From: a virus
Taxonomy: Duplodnaviria > Caudoviricetes
Strand: one strand, 5' to 3'
Virus record (IMG/VR): IMGVR_UViG_3300025389_000051
Location: 1-36,523 of that record
Length of the DNA stretch: 36,523 nucleotides
Below, in pieces: positions 1 to 9,604 of this stretch; within the stretch, counting starts at the first letter, position 1, and the number at the start of each line of letters is the position of its first letter. The notes beneath the pieces are model-generated. The model worked only from the letters and a program-made list of their open reading frames with translations, did not search any database and was not told where the DNA came from. Position numbers and translations under genes: made by a program.

Positions 1-14
1 GCTAAGATAATCTA

Positions 15-986
15 ATGAATCTTGTTCAAAAGGCGGTTGAACAGGGTGGCAAGTTAGCACCCATAGCAATACCCAATACCTTTGGGGGAATGAACCCCTC
101 GGTCTTTATTGATCCTGACGGCGATATTCTCGTCAATGTCCGCGTAGTCAATTACATTCTTTACCACTCAGAGAATAAGCAACAGTTCCCGTCACGATGG
201 GGGCCGCTTGCCTATCTTCACCCTGAGAAGGATCAGCGTTTAGTTACCGAGAATTACCTAGTACGCCTCAATAGCGATCTGGTAATGACTGATTGCACCA
301 AGGTTGAGATGCTTGAACTGCATCAACCTATCTGGGAGTTTGTCGGGCTTGAAGATGCTCGTCTTGTCTATTGGGATGATTATTACCTCATAGGCGTTCG
401 CCGCGATACCACTACTAACGGTACTGGTCGTATGGAACTGACCAAGATCGCGCTAGACAAGACCAACTGGACTGCGCGCGAGATTGACCGCAAGCGCATC
501 CCCGCACCTGCTCCCGATAACTCGTATTGCGAGAAGAACTGGATGCCGGTACTTGATCGCCCTTATCACTTTGTTAAGTGGTCTAGCCCTGTTGAAGTTG
601 TCGAGTTTGATGGAACACAAACCAAGCAGGTTAGCGTTCGCCAAGGAATCCAGCCCGCTAAAGATCAGCGCGGCGGCTCTCAACTCATCCGATGGGGCAA
701 CTGCTACATCTCAATAACCCATGAAGTTGATCTTTTTAAGAACTACCTCAACCAGAAAGACGGCATCTACCGTCACAGACTTTGCGTATATGACGATCAG
801 TTAAACCTTGTCGGACTATCCAAAGAGTTCTCGTTCCTAGATTTCAGGATCGAGTTCTGCGTAGGGATTGCCGAATATAAAGGCGATCTGCTCGTTAGTT
901 TTGCCGTAGCAGATAACGCCGCATTTGTATTAGTAACGCCACGCGTTATTATTGAGGATCTAATAGCGGAGGCGCTTGATGCTTGA
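15..986 (+). CDS. Five-bladed beta-propeller glycoside hydrolase/transferase-like protein (GH43/GH130/DUF377-like)
   Basis: Motifs MNPS, GLEDARL, EKNWMP, RGGSQL, YRHRL and IEFCVG are typical of this propeller family. Confidence 0.7.
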   Translation: MNLVQKAVEQGGKLAPIAIPNTFGGMNPSVFIDPDGDILVNVRVVNYILYHSENKQQFPSRWGPLAYLHPEKDQRLVTENYLVRLNSDLVMTDCTKVEMLELHQPIWEFVGLEDARLVYWDDYYLIGVRRDTTTNGTGRMELTKIALDKTNWTAREIDRKRIPAPAPDNSYCEKNWMPVLDRPYHFVKWSSPVEVVEFDGTQTKQVSVRQGIQPAKDQRGGSQLIRWGNCYISITHEVDLFKNYLNQKDGIYRHRLCVYDDQLNLVGLSKEFSFLDFRIEFCVGIAEYKGDLLVSFAVADNAAFVLVTPRVIIEDLIAEALDA

Positions 987-1536
987 TGAACTTATCTATG
1001 CACTATCTAAAGACCCGTTCAACCCACAGTTAAACTTTGAGGTTGCGGTTGAGTACGAGAAGGCAGACCAGATAGCGAGCGCAGTTTCTTTCTATCTACG
1101 CACCGCCGAGTATGGCAAAGAGTGGGGCGATGTTTATGTTTATACCTCGCTGCTTAAACTTGCCAAATGCTTTAATGAACAGACAGACCGCACAACAACA
1201 GTTTCTAATTGCCTCATGCAAGCAATCGGCTACGACCCTGATCGCCCAGAAGGATTCTTCCTTTTGTCGCAGTTTCACGAACGCCAAGGCAACTGGCGCG
1301 AGGCTTGGGTTTATGCTCGCATTGGTCAGAATGTTTCAGGCGATGATTTTGGATATAACCCACTCCCAACAGATGTTGGCTATGTGGAATACGCCTTAGA
1401 TTTTGAAGAAGCCGTTGCAGGTTGGTGGCTAGGTCGCAGAGATGAATCCATCAGAATCTTCAATGAGTTGCTTTCTATGGAGATCAGCGATGAGTACCGC
1501 CAAGCGATAGAGGCTAACCTTGCCATTATTGTTTGA
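976..1536 (+). CDS. TPR-like helical repeat protein
   Basis: Helical repeats (AVSFYLRTAE, SLLKLAKCF, PDRPEGFFLLSQFHE) resemble TPR parts of glycosyltransferase-associated proteins; start may be 979. Confidence 0.65.
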   Translation: MMLDELIYALSKDPFNPQLNFEVAVEYEKADQIASAVSFYLRTAEYGKEWGDVYVYTSLLKLAKCFNEQTDRTTTVSNCLMQAIGYDPDRPEGFFLLSQFHERQGNWREAWVYARIGQNVSGDDFGYNPLPTDVGYVEYALDFEEAVAGWWLGRRDESIRIFNELLSMEISDEYRQAIEANLAIIV

Positions 1537-2179
1537 TATCGGTGCCAATCGGGGAGATGCAACAGTAGTTGCGCTCGCTCTTGGCTATGATGTAGTAGCC
1601 CTAGAACCTTCGCGGGTATATGCCGATCTTGTTAAGAACTTTATTTACAACCCTCGCGTGACCCCACTCAAGTTTGCCGCATCTGATAAAGATAACGAGC
1701 GCGTGGAGTTCTACGAGGCAGCAGAAGATGGGCTAAGCACCTTAAACAAGGATTGGCTGACTTCCCCAGATATGCCGTACAACGGCAAGCCATTTAGAAC
1801 TATTCACGCCAACACGATCACGATAGATACTCTCGCCAAGATATACGGTGAGCCTGATCTCATCAAGATAGATGTTGAAGGCGCTGAGTGGTCGGTATTC
1901 AAGGGCATGATCTGTAAATACAAGATGCTTACCTTTGAGTGGACTCAGGCAACAATAGATGAACACCAAAAGCAGTTAGACTATCTGCGCGCTCTCGGAT
2001 ACACCGAGATAGCACCGCAGTTCATTGAACCGCACTTAGATCAACCTGATAAGTGGTACGACATAGATCAAGATTTATGGGCTTGGCGAGATGCACACGC
2101 TAAGGCTTGGGAAACAGATGGCTGGAAAAGAAACGAACTTAGACCAACTGCCGATGTAGGCATGATTTGGGTACGCTAA
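1520..2179 (+). CDS. FkbM-family SAM-dependent methyltransferase
   Basis: FDIGANRG SAM-binding motif, ALEP, and LIKIDVEGAEWSV signature. Confidence 0.9.
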   Translation: MPLLFDIGANRGDATVVALALGYDVVALEPSRVYADLVKNFIYNPRVTPLKFAASDKDNERVEFYEAAEDGLSTLNKDWLTSPDMPYNGKPFRTIHANTITIDTLAKIYGEPDLIKIDVEGAEWSVFKGMICKYKMLTFEWTQATIDEHQKQLDYLRALGYTEIAPQFIEPHLDQPDKWYDIDQDLWAWRDAHAKAWETDGWKRNELRPTADVGMIWVR

Positions 2180-2192
2180 TAAAGGAGAATAG

Positions 2193-4010
2193 ATGGGCTT
2201 GTTAGATCGCCTAGCCGCTAAAGTAGCGGAGCAGATTACTAAAGCGCCAACACTTGCGCCTTCAGCATCTCCAGTCAATGTGAACGCTCTTACCAGCACC
2301 GATACTCAGCATTACAACGCTGATCCTATGTATCGTGATCCTATTCTTGGCAACGCACCATTTCCTGCCGCAGTACCACTATTTCCTAACGCGATTAACC
2401 CGCTTAATCCACGCACAAGCCGCCCTGATCCACGCCGTTATGAGTTCTTGGTTGCTCAGAACATCAACCTCTTCGAGAACCGCCTTGTACCATTTAAGAC
2501 CCTTCGTGTAGCAGCAGATCAGATCGACATTCTTCGCCGATGCATCGAGGTAAGGAAGGCCAAGATTACTGGGCTAGATTGGGATATCGTTCTTAGCGAT
2601 TCCGCTACTGAGCGTATTGTTGCCGAATCTGGTGGAAATCACCTACGCGCAATGTCTGATGCTCGCGCACAATTTGCGCCTGAGATCGCTCGCCTTCGCA
2701 AGTTCTGGGAAACACCTGACCCTGCCAACGGACTCACCTTCGTTGATTGGCTAGGAATGGCGCTAGAAGAGATTGATGTTCTTGATGCGCTCGCTATCTG
2801 GCCTCAATCTACAATCGGTGGAGAGATTCGCGGATTGCAGATCCTAGATGGCTCAACCATCAAGCCACTTCTTGATGATCGCGGTATGCGCCCTGATCCT
2901 TCAGTTGGCCCTGCTTACCAACAGATTCTTTTTGGCTTCCCACGCTCTGAATTCCACGCTCCAGTAGATGACGAAACCGCAGACGGTGAGTTCTCAAGCG
3001 ATGAACTTGCTTACCTCATCCGCAATCGCCGCGCTAACTCCATTTGGGGCTACTCACCTGTTGAGCGCGCTTTGCCTATGGCTGATATCTACCTTCGCCG
3101 CCAGCAATGGATCAAGGGCGAATTCACAGATGGCGTTATGCCTAAATCTTGGCTTGAACTCCCAGAGTCAGCCAACCTCACACCTGAACAGATCCGCTAC
3201 TACGAGAACATCTACAACGATGAACTTTCAGGGCAGACCGAGCAGCGCAATCGTATGCGTATGCTATTGCCGGGTGGCGTTCTCAAGTTTGAAGAAGGCT
3301 ATTCAGAGAAGTTCTCAGATCGCCTAGATGATTACCTCATTACTTCGATCACAGGACACTTTGGCGTTCTTCCTACCGAACTTGGATTCTCTGCTAAGAC
3401 TGGTCTTGGTGGCTCAGGTCATCAGCAGGGCGAGAAAGAAGCCGCAGAAGCAATCGGTATCACACCTACTGCCAAATGGCTCTCTCAGCAACTCTCAGCC
3501 CTTTCCTATCGCTGGTTGGGTATGCCACGCGAACTTGAATTCCGTTTGTCCTCAAATGATGCCTCGGATAATGAAGAAGCAGCCAAGCGCGATGATCTCA
3601 AGAAGCGTTCTGCTGGTATGACCGTTAATGAATGGCGCGATAGAAACGGATTGCCTCTTGTAGATACTGCTGAGGCAGATATGCCATTCCTCGTAGCAGG
3701 TCAGTCAGTCTTTATGTTCACTCCTGAAGGAATGGTTGCTGCTGGAACTTCACTTGATGAAAGCGGCGCTCAAGATGGCGAGCCAAGCGCAACAGAAGCG
3801 CCTGAAGCACCTGAAACTGCCGAACCAAAGGCTGAACCAGCACAAGAAGAAGTTAAGAAGTTTATTCGTTGGGTAAATCGCGGAACCGCTACCCGCGCAT
3901 TTAACTTTGAACACTTAGACCACGCTTACGCTGAGGTTCTTAATAAATTTATTGATGCGAAAGACCTAGACGGCGCTCGTTGGTACGCTGAACGCTATTT
4001 GGGGTTGTAA
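2193..4010 (+). CDS. Portal protein
   Basis: 605 aa; LDGSTIKP, WGYSPVE, FGVLPTELG and MTVNEWR motifs; first head gene; AAGGAG SD. Confidence 0.9.
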   Translation: MGLLDRLAAKVAEQITKAPTLAPSASPVNVNALTSTDTQHYNADPMYRDPILGNAPFPAAVPLFPNAINPLNPRTSRPDPRRYEFLVAQNINLFENRLVPFKTLRVAADQIDILRRCIEVRKAKITGLDWDIVLSDSATERIVAESGGNHLRAMSDARAQFAPEIARLRKFWETPDPANGLTFVDWLGMALEEIDVLDALAIWPQSTIGGEIRGLQILDGSTIKPLLDDRGMRPDPSVGPAYQQILFGFPRSEFHAPVDDETADGEFSSDELAYLIRNRRANSIWGYSPVERALPMADIYLRRQQWIKGEFTDGVMPKSWLELPESANLTPEQIRYYENIYNDELSGQTEQRNRMRMLLPGGVLKFEEGYSEKFSDRLDDYLITSITGHFGVLPTELGFSAKTGLGGSGHQQGEKEAAEAIGITPTAKWLSQQLSALSYRWLGMPRELEFRLSSNDASDNEEAAKRDDLKKRSAGMTVNEWRDRNGLPLVDTAEADMPFLVAGQSVFMFTPEGMVAAGTSLDESGAQDGEPSATEAPEAPETAEPKAEPAQEEVKKFIRWVNRGTATRAFNFEHLDHAYAEVLNKFIDAKDLDGARWYAERYLGL

Positions 4011-5710
4011 TGGAGTGGCATGGCGCGTTAGTGCGCCTATCTGCTAAACACGCAGAACAAATCCGCAAAGGGTTTAGAAGCGCATTTAACGCCGATGACA
4101 TTACAGAGGCTTTCTTTAACGCTTTCCTTGGACATACAGAGGTAACAAATCAGCAAGCAAGAGATTGGGCGCGAGTTCATATCACGCCTAACAAGGCTGC
4201 ACTTACTGCATCCCTTACACCGATCTATGCAGATGGTTGGGTTTTAGGTAAGACCGCAGCAGGGGTAATGATTAACCAACGCCTTACAAAAGCAGTAACA
4301 CCTGTTTCTAATGTTAGCGTAGTTGATTGGAACACTTGGACACCCGGCAACCAAGCCGCCGCAACCCTAGTTAATCCTTCTGGTGGCTTGCAATCCCTCT
4401 TGGATGCTCGCGGTCTTACGATTGACGGCATTACCAACACATCATTAGACAGAATTGGTACGGTTCTTGGCAATGGTCTTGCTGATGGAATCACGCCTAG
4501 AGAAGTTTCCCGCCAGATCAATGATGTTATTAACGATCCTCAACGCTCGCTAACTATTGCCCAGACCGAAATGAGTCGCGCCGTAGTTCAAGCAGAACTC
4601 GCCCAGTACGCAGATTCAGGCGTTGAAATGGTCGAATGGCTAGTAGCCGATCCTTGCGAGGATTGCCAAGTCAATCTTGATGCTTCCCCTATCTCCATTG
4701 AGGAGGACTGGCCCAATGGAGATGCCCCGGTTCACCCTAACTGTATGTGCGATATAGCCCCTTATATCTCAGATACCTCATCTACTGCCGCCCCTACCGA
4801 TGGTGGCGATACAACAGATGGTGGAGATTCAATCGATACTGGCGCTACTGATGGCGGCGATACAACAGATACAACAGGCTTCGCTAATGCCATCGATCTC
4901 GCATCTCAGGCAATAGCCTTGATGCCAGAAGCCGCACCTATCGCAGCGCCAGCAGAGTTCACCTTAGCCACGCCTGAGCGCGCATTTTCTCATTTTGTGG
5001 ATATGCGAGCGATCACCAAGAACTCGCTAGGCACAGATTTACCGAACTTGCTTGAATCTCAGATCAATGCGGCTAAAAACTTAATTGCCAAAAATGATGT
5101 TTATATCTCAGGCAATCATTCGGTTTATGTCCAGCGCGGCCTTAAAGAGATAACCAGCGAGCAACTTGCCAATGTGTTTAAATCATTTAATGAAGCCCGC
5201 GACACTCTTCCCGAATGGCGCAAATTTAATGCAAGCGGAGTTGAACGCCCTTACACCCTTTATGTAACCCCTGAAGGAATGAAGGGAACAACCAATGCTT
5301 ACACTTACTTGGGATCAGACAAGATTTGGTTAAACCCTCGAATGGTAAGAGAAAGCACAAAGGATCGCGTTAGCAATGGCAACTGGAGTATGCCAGCCCG
5401 CGACAAGGCTTCTTCACCTCTTACATATACACTTAGCCATGAACTCGGTCACACAATGGATAGCATCCAAAATGCTTACCGAGGAAGCATATCTAAATCA
5501 ACACCAAAAGAAGCGCGGTTGTTGCTCTCAAGATATGGCAGAACTGCAACTGCTGAAGCCTACGCTGAAGTTTATGCAGAATGGGCGCTTGGAGATAGGA
5601 CAAGTCCTTTAGTTGAATATTACGCAAACAAGTATGGATGGAATTTGTCTGCTAAAGAATACGCGGCAGAAACAACAGGAAGAGGAATTCTTCCAGTTTG
5701 GAAGGCGTAA
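4010..5710 (+). CDS. MuF/SPP1 gp7-like head morphogenesis protein with C-terminal HExxH metallopeptidase-like extension
   Basis: IAQTEMSRA, CEDC and PVHPNCMC MuF motifs; acidic TDGGD linker; HELGH followed by EAYAE. Confidence 0.85.
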   Translation: MEWHGALVRLSAKHAEQIRKGFRSAFNADDITEAFFNAFLGHTEVTNQQARDWARVHITPNKAALTASLTPIYADGWVLGKTAAGVMINQRLTKAVTPVSNVSVVDWNTWTPGNQAAATLVNPSGGLQSLLDARGLTIDGITNTSLDRIGTVLGNGLADGITPREVSRQINDVINDPQRSLTIAQTEMSRAVVQAELAQYADSGVEMVEWLVADPCEDCQVNLDASPISIEEDWPNGDAPVHPNCMCDIAPYISDTSSTAAPTDGGDTTDGGDSIDTGATDGGDTTDTTGFANAIDLASQAIALMPEAAPIAAPAEFTLATPERAFSHFVDMRAITKNSLGTDLPNLLESQINAAKNLIAKNDVYISGNHSVYVQRGLKEITSEQLANVFKSFNEARDTLPEWRKFNASGVERPYTLYVTPEGMKGTTNAYTYLGSDKIWLNPRMVRESTKDRVSNGNWSMPARDKASSPLTYTLSHELGHTMDSIQNAYRGSISKSTPKEARLLLSRYGRTATAEAYAEVYAEWALGDRTSPLVEYYANKYGWNLSAKEYAAETTGRGILPVWKA

Positions 5711-5712
5711 AT

Positions 5713-5841
5713 ATGATCCTAGATGAAAACGATTATGACACCATGCCACAGGCTGAATTACTAAGCCGTTGGCTAGATGGCAATGAACAAGCAGGAAAGT
5801 TATATCAAGAACGCTACCCATCACAACAACAGGAGAAATAA
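5713..5841 (+). CDS. 42-aa hypothetical protein (not in ORF track), candidate MuF partner/immunity protein
   Basis: MILDENDYDTMPQAELLSRWLDGNEQAGKLYQERYPSQQQEK fills the gap between flanking genes. Confidence 0.6.
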   Translation: MILDENDYDTMPQAELLSRWLDGNEQAGKLYQERYPSQQQEK

Positions 5842-6123
5842 ATGGCACTAATCCAAACCAATAACACGGTAGGAACAACCGCTCAGGTTGTATTTACTAT
5901 TCCAGCAGGAATTCGCCAGAATGTTCCTGTTTACATTGACAATCTTGATACTAACCCTATTTGGATTGGTGATGCTGGTATTACCACATCAGGTGCAACT
6001 CAGGGAATCAAACTTGCCGCAGGTGCAAGCCGCCAACTTTGGTGCAATGGTACGGATCAAATTTATGCCATCTCTGCTGCTGGTACTGGCGCAGGACTTG
6101 TTGTAGTAACCGCATCGGTCTAA
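5842..6123 (+). CDS. Small beta-rich hypothetical protein, probably virion-associated
   Basis: AGGAG SD; lies in head module; Thr/Gly/Ala-rich. Confidence 0.65.
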   Translation: MALIQTNNTVGTTAQVVFTIPAGIRQNVPVYIDNLDTNPIWIGDAGITTSGATQGIKLAAGASRQLWCNGTDQIYAISAAGTGAGLVVVTASV

Positions 6124-6132
6124 GGAGAAAAT

Positions 6133-7635
6133 ATGGAAAGAGATTTCACCACCGCTTATGCCTCCATTCTCAAGTATGACGAGAATGAAGATGGAACACT
6201 TATGGTCTATGGCAACGCCACAGATGACTCATTAGACCTCGATCAGCAGATTTGCGACCCTGCATGGCTTGAAAAGGCTATGCCAGACTGGTTCACATCA
6301 GGTGGAAACATCCGTGAGATGCACGGCCCTAACGCGGCGGGAGTAGCCAAGGAATATGAAAACAAGAACGGCAAGCATATTATTGGTGTCCATGTTGTTG
6401 ATCCTTTGGCAGTTAAGAAGGTTAAGACTCAGGTTTATCGCGGATTCTCAGTAGGCATTAAAGCCCCTCGCGTAGTACGCGACCAGAAAGCCGCTAACGG
6501 TCGAATCATTGATGGTTCAATCATTGAAGTTTCTCTAGTAGATCGCCCTGCTAACCCTAACGCTAAGTTGATTTTGGCTAAATCGGTCGATGGAGAAAGT
6601 TCGCTTGTTCAGGTTGAGGAAATGCACGATTTCAAAGCGCCTCTGCCTACACAGGTGTTCAAAAATATCAAGACCGAGAAAGGGTCAAAGATGGAAACAA
6701 TTAAGCAGATCACGGAATTGGCTAAGTCTTTGACAACCGACACCGTGAAGTTTGACCAAGCAGCCTTTGATGCTGCTCGCCGCGCAGTTGCGGCACTCAT
6801 TGTTGCTGAAGCCTCAGAAATGGGCGAAGGCGCAGATGAGAGTTATTCCCTAAACCAACTCGTTGAAGTCGCTAACCATCTTATTGCTTGGTATCAAGGC
6901 GAAGTTCAAGAAGGAGAAGCAGCACCTATGTCAGATATTGAACTCTCTGCCGAGGCAGAAATTGTAAAAGAACCAGATACCACTATGGGTTGCAAGTGCG
7001 ATGGTTGCAAGTCCTGTAAGGGTTGCGATTCAAAGATGTGTTCTGGTCACATGGATTACGCTAAAGACTCACACAAGGAAATGGGAGCAGACAAGTCTGC
7101 TACTGGCAAGTGCCTTGAGTGCGGTTGCGATACACCGGGCGAAGCACATGGCCGCACCGATGTAACTACTGCCGAGATGATCGATCTTGGCGCTGAAAAG
7201 TCTGCTGAAGCAGATGCCCCTGTTGATGTTACTGCGATGATCGCAGAAGCAATCACAGAGCAGACTCCAGAAGTTTCTGAGGATGAAACCTCAGAAGATG
7301 AGGGTCTAAAAGCCCTTGTTGCAGAAGCCGTTAAGAGTGCTATGGAAAAGTTTGAAGCAGAGAAAGCATCTCTAGTTGCTGAAAAAGAGTCAGCAGTAGA
7401 GAAGGCTTTGAGTCTTGAAACCGAACTAGCAACGGCACTAGAAAAAACCGTTGCAGGTGGGCCAAAGCGCACCGCAACACAACTATCAACAGAAACTCAG
7501 AACGCGCATATTACCAAGGCTTTGCAGTTTAAGGCTAAGGCAGATGCTTCGACTGATCCTCTCCTCGCTCGCGGATACCTAGAAATGGCTGATGATGAAT
7601 TCAAGGCCGCAGGTATCGGTAAGCAAACACTCTAA
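6133..7635 (+). CDS. HK97-type prohead protease fused to scaffold-like region
   Basis: NIREMH, GFSVG and EVSLVDRPANPNA motifs; acidic coiled-coil C-terminus. Confidence 0.88.
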   Translation: MERDFTTAYASILKYDENEDGTLMVYGNATDDSLDLDQQICDPAWLEKAMPDWFTSGGNIREMHGPNAAGVAKEYENKNGKHIIGVHVVDPLAVKKVKTQVYRGFSVGIKAPRVVRDQKAANGRIIDGSIIEVSLVDRPANPNAKLILAKSVDGESSLVQVEEMHDFKAPLPTQVFKNIKTEKGSKMETIKQITELAKSLTTDTVKFDQAAFDAARRAVAALIVAEASEMGEGADESYSLNQLVEVANHLIAWYQGEVQEGEAAPMSDIELSAEAEIVKEPDTTMGCKCDGCKSCKGCDSKMCSGHMDYAKDSHKEMGADKSATGKCLECGCDTPGEAHGRTDVTTAEMIDLGAEKSAEADAPVDVTAMIAEAITEQTPEVSEDETSEDEGLKALVAEAVKSAMEKFEAEKASLVAEKESAVEKALSLETELATALEKTVAGGPKRTATQLSTETQNAHITKALQFKAKADASTDPLLARGYLEMADDEFKAAGIGKQTL

Positions 7636-7650
7636 ACGAAAAGGAAAATC

Positions 7651-9279
7651 ATGCCTAACGCACAAGAAATGTTTGGCGCAACTGCGCCAAAGGACTTGGC
7701 TGCCAAGAATGAGGCTTTTGAAACTGCTCTAAAGTCAGCAGTTGCAGAGCCAAATCTTGATCCAATGTTCAAGCAGAAAGTAGATGCTGGACTTCCACAG
7801 GCTTTTGCTAAGAAGTCACTATCTGCTGATGGTGTTGCTGCTCTCAACAATGCTCTTGCGACTTCAACCGCAGACATTGCTAAGGATATCAGCCTTACAT
7901 CACCACTTAACTCATCCTTCGCAGCCTTCGACCTCGAAGCACCTGCTAAGTACCTCGTACCAGTTCCAACACCACTTCGCAACAAGTTGCCTCGTACCAA
8001 GGGTGTCGGTACTGCTCACCGCATCAAGCGTATTACTGGATTCTCAAACGCCATCACAGGCGCAGCGAACATCCATCCGGGTATCACAGAAACAACGCAG
8101 AATAACTTTGCGGTCAATGGTTCTGCTAACCCACTCTATCTAAATCGTGGCCCAAAGATCTCTTATACTGCTGATGATAAGATTTTTGCTTATTCTTCAT
8201 TCGGTCTAAGCGATGATGTCACATTCGATGCTCAGTATTCTGGTCTTGGATACCAAGATTTGATCGCTACATCTGCTCGTACACTCCTTTACTCAACAAT
8301 GCTTGCTGAAGAGAAGATGCTCCTTATGGGTCGCGGAACTTCAGGTAACGGATTCTCTGGCGCACTTGCTGCTCCAACAATCACCGCTACTGCTCGTACT
8401 GCTGCGACAGGTGAAACACCTATCTCTGCTGGTACTAAGGTATGGGTCAAGGCTACATCTGATGCTGGCGCATTTGGTGACTCAGTTGTATCTTCAGTTG
8501 CTTCTGCAACTCCAGATGGATCAACTCAGGTTATCGATGTTGTCGTTTCAACTGCAATCGCTGGCGCTCTCGGATACAAGGTATTCTCAGGCGTAGGCGC
8601 TTCTGAGCCTGCTGATTCTGCAAAGTTCTATCAGGGTCGCACCGCTACTCTCAAGTTCACACTTCAGGGTACTCTTGCTACAACTGGCGATGTTGCTTCT
8701 GCACACGCTGCTGATACATCTGCTTATGGTGCTGGTTATGACGGTATCCTTGCTTATGTTCTTGGCGCACAGTCAGGTTACAACAACAACATCAACACAA
8801 CATTCTCAACAAGCAATCCGGGCGTAGAGTTCCAGACTGCTTTTGCTGCAATGTACGCTAACAACCTTGCTAACCCAGATGAGATTTTCCTCAATGGTGC
8901 AGATCGCAAGCAGTTGTCAGACTCAATCAAGAATGGCTCAACCGCTAACTACCGTCTAAACCTCGCTCAGAATGAAACTGGCGATTATGTCGGTGGCGCA
9001 GTTATCGGCGCACTCCACAACGAAGTAACAGGAAAACTCGTAGATCTTACAGTTCACCCTTATCTTCCACAGGGCGTTGCTCCAATCCTTTCTTATGTCC
9101 TTCCATTCGAGAACTCAGAAGTTTCAAACCTCTGGGCTGCCGTGAATGTTCAGGATTACACATACCTCAACTGGCCTAAGATCCAGTTGCAGAACGAAGC
9201 ATCAACCTACTATCGCGGAACATTCGTGTCATACGGCCCATCATGGTCAGGCGCAGTTTCAGGTATCAAGGCTGCTTAG
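7651..9279 (+). CDS. Major capsid protein with an Ala/Thr/Ser-rich inserted domain
   Basis: Follows the protease; FDLEAPAK, TPLRNKLPR, EEKMLLMG and VHPYLPQG motifs; strongly biased codons; followed by a hairpin. Confidence 0.85.
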   Translation: MPNAQEMFGATAPKDLAAKNEAFETALKSAVAEPNLDPMFKQKVDAGLPQAFAKKSLSADGVAALNNALATSTADIAKDISLTSPLNSSFAAFDLEAPAKYLVPVPTPLRNKLPRTKGVGTAHRIKRITGFSNAITGAANIHPGITETTQNNFAVNGSANPLYLNRGPKISYTADDKIFAYSSFGLSDDVTFDAQYSGLGYQDLIATSARTLLYSTMLAEEKMLLMGRGTSGNGFSGALAAPTITATARTAATGETPISAGTKVWVKATSDAGAFGDSVVSSVASATPDGSTQVIDVVVSTAIAGALGYKVFSGVGASEPADSAKFYQGRTATLKFTLQGTLATTGDVASAHAADTSAYGAGYDGILAYVLGAQSGYNNNINTTFSTSNPGVEFQTAFAAMYANNLANPDEIFLNGADRKQLSDSIKNGSTANYRLNLAQNETGDYVGGAVIGALHNEVTGKLVDLTVHPYLPQGVAPILSYVLPFENSEVSNLWAAVNVQDYTYLNWPKIQLQNEASTYYRGTFVSYGPSWSGAVSGIKAA

Positions 9280-9292
9280 TATCACAACGATT

Positions 9293-9318
9293 GAGAGCGC
9301 ATCGAAAGGTGCGCTCTC
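9293..9318 (+). terminator. GAAA-tetraloop hairpin after the capsid gene (terminator or stabiliser, no U-tract)
   Basis: GAGAGCGCATC-GAAA-GGTGCGCTCTC, 11-bp stem with one G-U pair. Confidence 0.65.
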
Positions 9319-9340
9319 TCTCACCTAGAGAGGGCAAATT

Positions 9341-9604
9341 ATGACCAAGATGATTCCACCAAAGGGTATGACCAGCATCTCGATTGATACCCGTCATGGA
9401 AAGAAAAGCAAGTTTGTTGGCAAAGATGGATTGCTTGAAATCAAAGATCCTAAACTTGTCAAGAAACTCAAAGAAGAAGGCTTAGGCGTAGCGAGCGCAA
9501 GCGGCGTTATCCAAAACATTTCAGCAGTCGGTTTTCCTTGTAAGGCTTGCGGGTTCGGTTCATTCTTCAAAAAATGCTCAAAGTGCGGAGAAATAAATGG
9601 CTAA
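9341..9604 (+). CDS. Small basic protein with C-terminal zinc ribbon
   Basis: CKAC...CSKC; overlaps the next start. Confidence 0.7.
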   Translation: MTKMIPPKGMTSISIDTRHGKKSKFVGKDGLLEIKDPKLVKKLKEEGLGVASASGVIQNISAVGFPCKACGFGSFFKKCSKCGEING

